Shown here one piece after another: positions 13,284 through 26,185 of a stretch of DNA of 64,000 bases. A program made the translations under genes and the position numbers. The stretch is taken from positions 51,584,001-51,648,000 of the forward strand of contig OZ024749.1 in the NCBI GenBank assembly GCA_964016885.1. Reading direction: 5' to 3'. The notes below the pieces were generated by a model that had not been told where the DNA came from, made no database searches, and saw only the letters and a program-made list of their open reading frames with translations. Each line of letters starts with the position of its first letter. The stretch's first letter is position 1. The DNA comes from Eledone cirrhosa (lineage: Eukaryota).

Positions 13284-14660
13284 TTAGGAATAGAAATCAT
13301 AGGTGCTATCAGGTTCGACTTGTTCAGTAGGAGGCGGCTTCTCTACATTCTCTACAGATGTGGTGGACGAATTCGTATTTTTATCCTTGGGAACCGCCTT
13401 TGGAAGCTGGTACAATGTACTGTCAGCTTGCATAGGCTGTGGTTGGTAGAGTACTAATGCCATCGACTGACTTCTTGAGTCATTTCTTTCACTGTTTTTG
13501 GTTTCTTCTGTGAGAGATGGAGGACTGTGTGATATGGAATCAATAAAATGATAACTGGACTTGTCAGGAACCTTGAAAGAAATGTTGGTGTCTGAAAAAA
13601 AATAAAAAGTACCAAAATGTCAAAAGTGAATACCACAGGAATGTGATAAGACTAGATTATTAGTGTTTGATTGCTGACCTTACAATGAATGCACATTAAG
13701 TAGAGCTACTGACCTTCTAGATGGGCCAGGGCCCTGCATATCTATCACAAACGTTCCTCTGCTCTATCATGACTTTCTAATAGATATATATAGTGTTGTG
13801 CATAAATATGTAGTATACACTCACATGCACAGACACACATGGACATATTTTCTATATTACAGGCACAGCTGTGGACTGGAACAATGTGAAATAAAGTGTT
13901 TTGCTCTATGACACAACATACTGCCAGGGTCAGGAATCAAACTCACAACCTTATAATTCTGAGACTAGAGACCTTAACCACTAAAAGCTTTAAAAGACTA
14001 TGAGTGAGCTGTCTGTCCTTCCCTGACTAAATGAACAAAACATGACCTCTTACCTTGTCGTACATAGAACAGAACATAAGCACTACTCAAATGATCGTCT
14101 CTAGGCAGGTGTTGACTAACATTCTCATCATTATAGTAATACCAGTCCTTTTCAGTAGGGTGCTTACTGTAACAGGTGTAGTGACCAGAATTAGATCCTA
14201 GCAGAGAAAATAGAAATAAATAGATTAAAATTAAATTGACAAAATTTATGGAATATTTGATCCTATAATGGAAAAGATATTAAAATCAAATTGATAAAAT
14301 TTATTGAACATTTATAAAGTGAAACTAAACAGAATAAAAAAAGAAAGAAACTGGACAAAATTAATTGGATATTTATAAAGTATAAAGTTAAGATAATTAT
14401 CTAAGAATTAAAAATTCTATTCAGCTTACCTCCAAAATGGCACACAAAGCTGTGTAGATCATAAAGCAAGTTCTTTGTGTGAGGACCAGATATGAACTGA
14501 CTAAGGTCTAAATCCTCCAGAGGGAATGTCACCAAATTGTCGATTTTGGTACTTGTAAGTTCATGGAACACAAACCTATGAAACAGGATGATAATATAAA
14601 TATAAGAGACACACACATATAAACCTAAGAACAAGCCAATAGTATAAATACAAGACACAT

Positions 14661-14700
<40 letters not shown>

Positions 14701-17700
14701 TACAATACTATATCAATAAGACATGCTACCTATTGTGGATTGGCAGTATCGGTAGAGGGTCGGACGCCATACTTTGCAGCTTAGAGTTACGGACCTTATG
14801 GTCTGAGTTCAAATCCCGCCAAGGTTAACTTTGCCTTTTATCCTTACGGGGTCGGGGTCAATAAAATAAAGTACCAGTAATACACTTGAATAATTGCTGG
14901 CCTTGTGCCAAACGTAGAAACAATTATATTATACATATATTACACACTCCAACAGTGACTACATTAAAGTAAGTAACATGATAGATCATGGTAATATTAC
15001 CGTTTCAGATATATTATCAAATTATCAGGATATCGCCAGACTGTCATTGTTTTCTTGGCTCGGCAGTTTTTAGAACAGTTTGGACAATACCAAGGATTAT
15101 GTTCATCCAATGTTTCACTGAAAAATAAGAATATTTCAACTGAAAGATAGACTTAACTTTTGACAATCTGTAATAATTTGGCTGAAAATGTCTAAAAACA
15201 GATTTGTTAATTCAAATGTTTATGATGATGATGATGATAGATACCTTTGCATAAAAGCTGTGAAGCAATCATAGATAGACATAGGAGTATTTGGACGTAG
15301 GCTCTCCATAGATTTGTGGTCGACAACACACTGCTCCAAGAGTTGACCCTGATCAGCAGGAACATTACCAAATATGATGCTAAGGTGGTCACCAGGCTGG
15401 AGAGTAACTTGACTGGTTCGCTGGACAATACAACCATCACACTGGTTTACTGAAGGACATCGAGAACACTGTAAACCCTTGAGAAGATAAACAGAAAAAA
15501 GAAAAAGATTTATTAATACATGCTAGCACTGAAAATGGACATTAAACGATGATGATAGACACTTTAAAGTACACAACTTTGTATTGTAGTAGAACCAGGG
15601 GCAGTTTATATAAGGTGGTCTGGCATGAAAAGTGTTAAATAGTCTACAAACAGAATTAGTACATACCTCTTCCGTGGTAAAAGCAATTGTGAATCGTAGG
15701 GCAGTATGGACAATTTGGTCAACACAGTTATATAAAATGGCACCACTAATGTTGTTAGGAAGATATAAAATGTGAGGATGACCAATTAACTGTTGTTGTT
15801 CAGGACTTGACTTGCTTAGACATCGGAAAGTCAGTGGTACAGCTAAGATTCTGAGAGAAAAAAATGTAGAAAAAAAAAACACAGATTACACTTAGACAAC
15901 ATATACTTATGTAGTCTCTCATATTGGAAAATAGGATGGACCTCCACCAGTTGCCATGATGAGTGTTCCAGTTGTTAAATCAACAGAACAGTCTGCTCAT
16001 GAAATTAATGTTAAACGATAATGATGATAATGATGAAAAAGTGACTAAATTTTGAAGTACAATTACCTTGTTCTTAACCTTTTGCTGTCTGGATCTGCCA
16101 ATGGAACAAATTCTACAGAAGGGTTTACAAAGGCAAGACACACCTGGAAAATAGTATAAATACAGTATATACAGTGTAAACATTGTATATATATATATAC
16201 AGTGTAAATACAGTATATACAGTGTAAATATAGTTAATCTATATACATAAATGGCAATTTCTGTCTGTTTGTTTGTTTGTGAACCTAAAACTCAAAAACT
16301 ACCAAACCGATCTTGATGAAACTTGACACGTGAGTGGGGCACATGCCCATTTGATTTCTTACGTATATATCATTTTAATCAAAGGGTTCCCCAGGGGCTC
16401 AAACCCCCACTGAAAATGTTTTCCCTTCGATTTATATGAAATTTAAACCATGGGTAAATGAAAAGATATGATGCCTATTCACAAAATTTCGGCAAATTTC
16501 AACAATATTAAGACACCCTATAGGGGGTTAAACCCCCTATAGTGAAAATTTTGGCCAATAAATGGAACAAGATTTCGTGAACTCCTATGGTTTTGGAGAT
16601 AGACTCCCCATAACCATATATATTCTGAAACTACATTGCCCAGGGTACTTGGATAAATATATTTCATTTTAATGAAAGGGTTCCCGGGGGTACAAAACCC
16701 CCACTGAAAATGTTTTCCCTTCGATTTATATGAAATTTAAACCATAGGTAAATGACAAGATATGATGCCTATTCACACAATTTCAGCAAATTTCAATATT
16801 AAGACACCCTAATGGGGGTTCTGTTATTTTCCTTATAGCAACACTCAACTTCTCTGACAAACATTTTTTCACCTGACCAATGCAATGAACAATATTTGTT
16901 TGTATTATTGTTTTGTAAATGAATTTGTCTTCGCATTTGATTATCTGTCCTATATTTTGATTTCATTTTTGGTCTGAGAGGCATTGGGCATTTTAATGGG
17001 AACTGGGAATACCCCCACTCCTGGGTATTACCGGGTACCTCAGCTAGTATACAATATAAATATAGTGTATATGCAGTGTAAATAAAGTATATAGCATGTA
17101 AATACAGTTTATATATTGTAAATATAGTATATTCAGTGTATATAAAGTGTAAACAGTGTAAATATGAACACAAAGAACATATTTCTACAGTGTTTTAATG
17201 TATTAATAGACAGACAAAAGTGACACCAAAGAAAACCTACTTACGGGACATGTGTAAGAGAAAACACTATGGTGTTTTAATGACATCTGGAACAGAAAAA
17301 TAAATTAAAATAATATCATAAACAAACCTCAATACATGAAAATGTTTTAGAAGCAAGTCTAAAAGTTATAGCGAGAATAACCAACTAACTAAAGAATAGG
17401 GGAGAATACATTGATTGATTGTTTTTGTTTTGAACCGTTTGTTTCACATTTGAAAAGAGGGTATTAGCCCCGAAATATTATGTTGAAATATACTGGGTAA
17501 AGCATTACTTTGTTTTGTTTTATTTGACATCCTTCGCCTTTTATATATTTCTAACGCATTGTTACTGGGTTTTTGAAGTTTATCAGCTGTGTGGTGTTCT
17601 TGAGCAAAACACTTTATTCTTCATTGCTCCAGTACACTCAGCTGAGAGTACCAGAGTTAATCCTGCGATAGACCGGCGTCCTAGCCAGGGAGAGTCTTGT

Positions 17701-19350
17701 ACTCTCAGTTGCTTAACATGAAGGAAACTGGCCCGATGAGCCTTTGACTTAGAACAGACTTTAACTAACTTAGGCTTGTTTGTATATCTATGGTCAATTT
17801 GGTTTTTTGAAGTGTTACAAAAGATATCTATATAAAAACCCCACACCATTTATTGTAGAATATATATAAAACAGCTGCCATATTTACTTACTTCAAGACA
17901 ACCATGACAGAAAGTGCCACCACAGGATGTGTGTACCATCAAACTGGTATCCAACAATTCCTCCAAGCAGATAGCACACGATCGCCAGTGTTCTGCAATG
18001 GATGGTAAGGTAATAGAAGGTACAGGCTCCCAACTCATTGGAATGGCTGGTCGTTTGGAATTATCTGTTGTTAAGGACCAGTCCCACATCTGGCCGGTCT
18101 GCATAGTGTCTGGGTCAGGGTCATTGGCTTTGGACTGAGTTGTAATCGATGAAGAATCGCAAACACTAACATCATCTTTCATGATCGAATCGGGGAATAC
18201 GGAGGTAGAGAAGCTTGTGGTTGATGTGGGATGAGGAGCCTGTGAAGTTAATAAAGGATCCAAAGATGACAGGAGGTTATTGCTGTCTGTCGCCTGCGGA
18301 GTTACATCAGGTTCTGTTGTGCTAATGGATGATGTCTTCTGTGGTGAACTGGGACAGAAAGTATCCATATTTGAAAAAATGTCAGGAGATGTCGAAGAAC
18401 AAGTCTGTTTTGTGGAACTGCTTTCTTTAGAAGTTAGACTGGAGCTTACTGTTGACAGCTCTCCTAAGCTCTCGGATGGGGAACTCTCTAGTGAATTTGG
18501 AGGAACAGCCATTTGAAAGGCATAAATTTTCCGAGCAGAATCATTGACAAACCTGAGCAATATATTGTCATCCTAAAATATAATGATTAAAAGAACACTA
18601 TTAGATCTCAATATTATCATCATCAGCAACAGAGAAAAAGCACCAAGTCCACACTGTAACATGGTTGGTGTTAGGATGGGTATCCAGCCATACATAGAAG
18701 AAACCAAGTTAAAATACAGATCCGTATGAGTATGACATGGTCTCCCCTGGACCTGACATGTCTCATAACATGACAACCCAAGCATGGAAAAATGGACGTT
18801 GAACAATGATGATAAAGATGATAAAGGTATCAAAATGACAATATAACAGAACATGAATATTGTGAAAAGTCTAGGTGAAATGTTTTCTTAAGATATTAAG
18901 ATATACAAAATACATATCCATTAGTGCATGACATGATCTCCTCTAGACCTGATGGGTCTCATAACACGACAACCCGTCTAATCCACGCAAGTGTGGAACA
19001 AAATGGACGTTAAATGATGACGACGATAAAGATATGACAATATGACAATACATAGATATCATGAAAAGTCAAGATGAAAAGCTTTATGAACTGTTTGTTT
19101 AAGATAGTAATATATAAAACAACTTACAAGGACCCGGGAGATGTAATTGTTGACTACTTCAACCATGATGATATCACAGCTTTCCTGAGCCGCCATCTTA
19201 CGCAGCTCAGTTTTGGCTTTATAGATGTTATCGTTTTTGTGCAGTTTTAAGAGATACCGTATGGGCGGAATTGTACGGGTTTGTGTAATAAATATAACAC
19301 CTGAAAATATATACAAATATATATATATATGTGTGTATGTGTATATATGT

Positions 19351-19382
<32 letters not shown>

Positions 19383-22300
19383 GTGTGTGTATGTGTATAT
19401 ATATATAAATATATGTGTGTGTATGTGTATATATATATATATGTGTGTGTATTTATATATGTATGTGTATATATATGTATATATATATATAAAAATTCAA
19501 TCTTGGTTCAGACAAATCTCCAAACATGTACATGAAAGGAACATTTAACAAAGGAATAAAGTGTAGCATGGAAGAGTTATTAGAAATTGTAGAGACTGTA
19601 TGTAGTGTAATTCTAAAGATTGTGATAAATCCCTGTTGAGAGATAGACAAAACAAGTTTCCTGTTTCTATCTCTAAAGCAGTCATGGGAAAACTGCAGTT
19701 CATGAACCAGATGCAGCCTGTTTGGTTTTCTGAATGGCAAGTCTAATTTAAAAATTGCCTTGAGTTTGTTTTAGTAGCACGGCCTCCCTTAAGACGAGCT
19801 AGAATAAATGCTAGTTAGTACCATAGCAACAGATACCAACAATACAAAATGGTTACTGTATATACTTGACTATATGTTGAGGAATGTGTGACCCCCCCAA
19901 AAAATTGATGGTAGAATGGGAGGATGGCTTATATACATCATCTAAACAATGTGTTGATTAGCTGCTTCAGTTTATAAACAGGGTGTGGATTTTTGCCTAT
20001 ATCCCAGATATAAAATAGATGGGGGCTGGGTCGACTTATACTCAAGTATATATGAGAAATGTAATGAAGTTGAAGAGAGAGCAGGTTTCTTCCTTTCTAT
20101 ATTGGAATAATTAATGTTATAATAAACAAAGTGTCGATTAGCTGCCTCGGTTTCTAAACAGGGTTTGTATTTCTGTCTATTTCTCAGACATAAAATAGAA
20201 TGGGTCAGCTTATACTCGAGTACATATGGTAGTTTAAAAAACTTAAAAAGCTAAAACTAGAAAATAAAGCTATTGTAAACTCACAGAGCTGGCGTTCCAT
20301 AGCATGGGGTATTGGTACAGACAAATACATAAAAGGTTCATAAGTTACAGATACATGGCAACATTCAGAGCAGATCACCTGAAATTTAGAGAGAGACATA
20401 TATGTGTATATATATATATGGAAAACAGACATTAACTTTTTGGCATTTAAACTGGCCACAATTCTCTCACCTCTTTCTGTTCAAATTGACCATAACCAAC
20501 CGTCCACTCATACTGACGTTAAGGTATTGTTCTCAAAATATATAACATCATCAAAATCTCATAGACTCGATATTATGTGAGGTCAAGCCTTTACCATGAA
20601 AATACAATAGTAAATATAGAGTAATGTAAATGCTAAGGGGTTAACCCTTTTAATATCAACCCACCTATTTTTAAGGGTTCCTTCCCACATTAAAACTTTC
20701 CAACAGCATTTTATATAAGTGCATTTTGTTATGTTACAAATAGCATCTTAATGAAATTATTATACTCTTCATTAATTAATTAAAAGACAAAGTATGGTAG
20801 GGAAGGTCCTGTAACTTTTAAGAGAGCTACTTACAGTATTTTTGAATTGTCCATGGAATGTACTGACCACAATACTGTTATTCTTCACTAAATGGCTGTC
20901 CCAAGAAATGTTGGCGGCGTCTATGTCGGCAGCAGTGAGGCCTTCTTTTGGTCTGCATTGCTCTATCAGTGGTAAACCTTTGATGGTTTTAATGGAACTT
21001 CCACTCTTAGTGGCTTGCCCTTCTTCCAGCCATTCATTACCCTGCCTTTCTACAAGCAATTCCTCTCCTCCTCCGTTCATTGCCTCCTCTTCTTCTTCCT
21101 CTTCTTCACGTTCTTCCTCCTCCTCCTCCTCTTCGTCGTCTTCTGTAGTTATAGAACAGCCCGGCATGGCTATTATTTCTTCGCTTCTCAAAGAGCTTTT
21201 TTCTAAGTTAAACTTCTGCAGAGCTTGCCGTTTCATATTTTTCTCATCGACATCCGATTCAATCTTGATTCTTTTTATATTGTTAATATTAGACCAGTCC
21301 TCATAGGGAAGTCCCGATGTGCAAGGATAGTTCTGGTGACATCTTGCCTTCTTATCAAGTCTAATATTAATGTCTTTTAGCTTCTCTATGCCAGGAGCAA
21401 GCTCAGCTTTGGCAGCCTCAGCTCCAATGATTTGCTCTATATTGTTATCACAGTTTTCAGGATTTATCCGGATCCGATTGTCGGACTTTATAAACTTCTC
21501 CGAATCGGTTTTGATTTGTTCCTCGGATTCTGAAGCTAGCATATTTGTGTTGAGTGTTTTGGTTTCTTTGGCATAGAAGTCCTCCAGACTTGGTAGACAT
21601 TTGAGACCAAGGGTCAGCGTAGTGGTCGCCTCTTCACTGTCATTAGCGTTAGTGCTGTCAACGAAAGTGCTGTCGTCAAGCTGTAGAGCTGTTGCTTGAG
21701 AAGAAGGCTGTATTAAAGGCTGGTTGTTGCTTGCAACATTAACTGGACTCTTGTTGATGGCAGTTGCCTCTCCACTGCTGCTATTGGCAACACAATACAA
21801 CGGCTGCGTTGACGAACTAACACGGCTCTCAGCTGTAAGCATTTTATTAGTGTCTTTTTGAGGAGATCTTGCAAAGTTGCGTAATGGAGAGATCTGAGTT
21901 TTACCTCTGTCACTACCAAGCTCACTACTTACAGATGTTACCTCGGTACTACAACTACTAGCTACTAGTTCTTGTTCGTGAATAGTATAGCTGTGGTTAA
22001 TAACTACCGAAGCAGAGTTGGTATTGTTACTCTCCTTGTACAGCTGGTTTTCAGTGAAATGAAACGGCTTCTTTAGGCTGCTGCTGCTGCAGTTTTGATA
22101 AACAATGGAGTTACCTGGGGACAGTTTGGTGGGGTTATTCGCTAATGAATTGCACTCGATGGTAGCTCGATGTATATCTGCCTGAGAACTTGACACGTGG
22201 CTGTTGTTCTGGTTCTGGAGCTGCAACCCTGACGGTGACAATATCTTAGTTCTTTCAGCAGTACTTTGACCTGATGAAGAAGACACAGTTGAAGAGAAAG

Positions 22301-24989
22301 ATGAGATGGCTACTGAACTTGGTGATGTAACGGTATTGTCGACGGGAGGAGGGTCTTGTGGTTTAATGAAGTCAGACGTAGGCAGTGGATTTTGGAAAGT
22401 ATTTCTGTTGTTACAGCATACATTGTTTAGTGATTCATGGAGATTATCTAAAAGCAATGTAACAAATTCTTGGCAGTCATGCTGAAATAGAAAAATGGAA
22501 AACTTCCATCAGATATCACAAAACATAAAATTGACACTAACAGAAACATTTTCATAGACAGTCACAAACTTCTCCTTTATGGCTGGGAGAATTGTAATAA
22601 ACAGGAAGGGGCTGAGAACTGAGCCCTGCTGGACACACACCTGCATGTTAAATTCTTTATTGACAATGCCTCAATACATGCCAGGTACAGCTCTCATTAG
22701 CCATTTATCTATACCTCTACAATCAGTCAAAGACCTTCTCTAGGCTAGCCAATGAATGCTAGGTATAGTGGCTTGATCTTAGCTAGTAGTTGTCTCATTA
22801 CGAAGGCCTCTGGTAGCCTGCTCTGGCAAACAAACTGAAATTGCACCTCATCTAATTTTCTTCCAAATTCTTTTTGTGACTTTCACAATTTGTTCAATGT
22901 GATATTGCTACAACAAACTGAATAAAAACATAATCAAGAAAGTAAGGTAAAGGTAATTCAAGAGTAAACATACCTGTCTGAAGTCTTGGAATTGAGGATA
23001 ATACATTCCCAGAGTATTTTTGAAATCCAAAGGATGGATGAGGGAAAAATGTCCACTCCACACTTTCCTAACTAACTGGCAAAATTTGCCAGTTAGTGTA
23101 TCTTTGGTTAGATCATTGAACACGAACTGTTCATGGAAATATTTAACCAGATGCATATTGCAAAATAAACATTGAAGTCCTGCATTCATGAAACAAGTAT
23201 TTCCCAAGTTATAAAAACCACAACATCCACTTAAAGCTGAAGGGCCTAAAAGTAGAAGAAAATACTTAATTGAAAAAACCCAGAAATTCCATATTTCAGA
23301 GAAAATATAAAAAAAAAAAAGAAAGAAAAATTGTTAAGAGTTGCAATGACATGTACAAACATCTAAAATATAAAACTGAAGCGGACAAAATTTCCATCTA
23401 TTACCTACAATTGTTGTATCTACAATGAATGTCGAGAACCTTGAAAAATTTGACAAGATCAGTTGTAGATGGTTGCTTCTGAAAGGACCCGCTGGAAGGA
23501 GTGTTTGAGGACTCTTCCCTCATGATCCTCTTAGGAATAAGTAGGCAAAAGCAAAGGAGAAGTTGACAGCAACACATAGGCTACTAATATTACCAATACT
23601 TACTTTCAATATCTTTTGGATTTCGGTGCAGAGGTCCAATGGAAGGCAGCAAGCTGAAATCTGAAATGGTCAATAAGTAAAAACACTATAAGATATCGGT
23701 CTGTATGGGCCAAATATGCATGAATGAATGGATTACTTAGTATAAAACAGTTCAAGTTTAACCCCAAAGAAGCTGCAGTGAAAGAGGAAAATACTAATGG
23801 CAAAGGGAATATAAAGACAACAAATGTTTCAAGGCTATTTTCCTTGGGGAAGCATGTAAAGATGATAGGGGCGAAAAGGAGCCCACAAGGCTAACTCTAG
23901 CTTTGGAAGAGAAAATGGCCTTAAAATGCTTGTTGCTCTTGTTTACCCAAACTACATATCAAGATATATAGGTCAGTATTATGACAAATAAGGACAATCA
24001 TCATCATCATAAACACTAACTTGCTGTTACAGCTCACACCTATGTGAGGTTTCTCAGGTGTTTTAAGGATAGGTGTCCTATCATGTTGTTACAGCTCATA
24101 CCTATGTAGGCTTAACTAACCAGCTTCATACAAGGTTGCATTTCATAAGAGGATTAATGTTGCATAGAGCAAGATACTGTCATCTGATCTGACTTGTCTC
24201 ACAACAGGACAACTCGTCTAACCCATGCTAGAGTGGAAAAATGGATGTTAAATGGTGATGCTGATGATAACTTTCATCTTACCTGATTTACTTTCCTCCT
24301 GGTTTAAGCGGGGCATGTCATTGAAGAGGTCAGAATTTTCAGCAGAGTCAAGAGCCACTGGGAAAGATTAAATAAATAAATAAATACCAGGTAACACACA
24401 AACATCTTTGTTGCCTTCATTTAAACTTAATTTAACAGTCCCTTTTACATTGTCTTAGCCATCTTAAAAAATTATTTTCTATATTATACACGATACACAA
24501 TGCTTCAAGCAGTTTACATCATTCTATTATAAATAAATAAATTAATTTAAAAAAAAGAAAGTAAATTACAAACTAGAACAAAGTCTAACCCATACTAGTG
24601 TGGAAGATGGACGTTAAACGAAGATGATGATGAACAATTATTAGTTTTAGGTACTCTATTTGAGCAGATTTTACTTCAAAGTGAGACTGTGCCACTTCAA
24701 ACTGAGATAAATGGTTTCAAAATGGGACACAGCCATTTCAAAGTGAGATTAGCACAAAAATATATTTATTTATTTCATAGAAATTATATGAAGACATTAT
24801 AAAATAATTTGTAATGTCAACAATAGGAACGTATGTGTTAGAAATATGGTAAAGAAAAGGTTGATGTTAAAACATGTTACCATCAAAAAGCAGATTTCGG
24901 GATGAACTATGAACCTCTTCTACGACATCATCTGTCATTTGTTTTCTCGAGCAACCGGGTGCTTCAACATCCATAACTACAGCAGGCAT
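13284..24989 (-). CDS. Ubiquitin-specific protease (peptidase C19), USP32/USP6-like catalytic domain with long insertions and an internal RING-like finger, ~1433 aa
   Basis: Coding exons (minus): 24989-24881, 24357-24283, 23245-22974, 22481-20835, 20378-20285, 19300-19128, 18572-17892, 17286-17245, 16143-16067, 15850-15667, 15477-15245, 15117-15001, 14575-14430, 14197-14054, 13591-13284; 4302 nt in frame. Cys box [12 protein letters not shown]; QHDCQEF; [14 protein letters not shown]; WYCPNC...[15 protein letters not shown]; His box HFGGSNSGHY; WYYYNDE; AYVLFY. The start codon and the two N-terminal exons are less certain than the catalytic exons. Confidence 0.92.
14735..14928 (+). mobile_element. 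Octopod-type tRNA-derived SINE, family A
   Basis: GGATTGGCAGTATCGGTAGAGGGTCGGACGCC...GAGTTCAAATCCCGCC.AGGTTAACTTTGCCTTT.ATCCTTACGGGG...ATAAAATAAAGTACCAGT...GCTGGCCTTGTGCC. Copies near 8030-8185, 33310-33430, 35276-35470, 35487-35710, 41608-41822, 45225-45415(-), 48580-48765, 49878-50043(-), 50438-50632(-), 50745-50965(-), 52437-52778, 55850-56030(-), 56625-56790(-). Confidence 0.85.
16238..17047 (+). mobile_element. Non-autonomous Helitron-like element (~810 bp) in a USP intron
   Basis: 5' TC start, (GTTT)n near the 5' end, internal tandem duplication (~16380-16530 / 16670-16830), subterminal GC-rich hairpin-like CCTGGGTATTACCGGG, 3' CTAG; inserted between A and T with no TSD. Confidence 0.75.
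19855..20232. mobile_element. TcMar (Tc2/pogo-like) MITE, degenerate
   Basis: TACTGTATATACTTGACTATA ... CTTATACTCGAGTACATATGGTA termini; related to 36010-36798. Confidence 0.55.
23420..23545 (+). mobile_element. RTE LINE 3'-end fragment (same family as 63180-63440)
   Basis: GACCCGCTGGAAGGAGTGTTTGAGGACTCT shared with 63384-63415; another copy at 37825-37950 (-). Confidence 0.7.
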
Positions 24990-25909
24990 TTGCCTAACAA
25001 GAATGGAAAATAATATATATGTCTGTATATAAATATATATATTCAAAATAGAGGGCACACAAGACAAAGGCAATGGAAAAAACAACAGAAAAACAGACAG
25101 CCGCCTCTCTTCATCCAACCTCTGGAAATCACTATAGTTTCAGTACATTAAGTTTGATACCAATCATTCTAGTACACATTGGGATATAACAAAACGAACA
25201 TATAAATTGATTAAATAAACAAATGAATACCCAAAATAAATATACTTACTATTTTTATAAGAAGGTAATGTTACAAAGTTTTGGAAGATCTAAAGAAAAA
25301 AGTGTTCAGCTGTCACAGGAACCTCCCAGCAGAAACCATAATTCCAGATATTTGAAGTTAGTCATCTTCTTGAATCTAAATGTAACAGAGAAAACAAAAC
25401 ATGAAATGCCTAGCGAGATATTTATAAAGTGGTTGGCGCCACAATAAAATATACCCAGTACACTTTGTAAAGTGGTTGGTGATAGGAAAGGCAACCAGCT
25501 GAAGAAAACTTACCAAACAAAGGGTAGAAAGGGCTCTGCATTGTGTCTAAGATATGACAAGGTCCCTAGTGTTGGTGCCACAATAAAACACACCTAGTAC
25601 ACCCTGTAAATAGGTTTGTTAATTCAAATGTTCATAGTATCTACACTAGTAGACACTGGACATATCGTTGTGAAACATTAACAGTAAACTAAAATAAAGA
25701 CATTAATTTTTCATGTGGTGTAATCATTGTGAATGTTTAATACTTTTCGAAATATCTTGCTTCATGTAGCACCAAAAAAAAAAAAAAAAAAAAAATGAAG
25801 TATAAAGCGATAATTAAAATCAACTGCTAATTATATCAATCGTTAACTGAAAAGCACTGAATAATCAGACTTGGCAAGGAATCCTTTTTCAGTACATTTA
25901 TCTAAAGTT

Positions 25910-26185
25910 GGTGAATTGGCAGAGTCATTAGAATGTTGGATTGAGTACTTTGTGGTATTTATTGACTCTCCTCGCTCTGAGTTCAAATCATGTCAAGGTC
26001 AACTTTGTCCTTCAAGGTTGATAAATAAAAAAAAGTACCAGTCAAGTACTGGGGGTGAATTGTTCCTCTATATCTCTTTCTCATTTCCATTCTCTCACTC
26101 ACTCTACCCTTCTCAGAAAGAAATCTTTTGTGTTCAGACCTGGAGAGGAGATGGGCTCTGCCAGGATTTAAAAAAAATGCCCTTA
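25910..26185 (+). mobile_element. SINE family A variant with alternative 3' tail
   Basis: Family A head/core followed by TTCCTCTATATCTCTTTCTCA...TGTGTTCAGACCTGGAGAGGAGATGGGCTCTGCCAGG. Copies near 4040-4200, 11725-11850(-), 38400-38575(-), 41890-42130, 44665-44850, 49195-49445, 53635-53895. Confidence 0.75.

Noticed and set aside
17914-21576. Plus-strand ORFs overlapping the large USP exons
   Set aside because: Antisense shadows of coding exons with no recognisable motifs.
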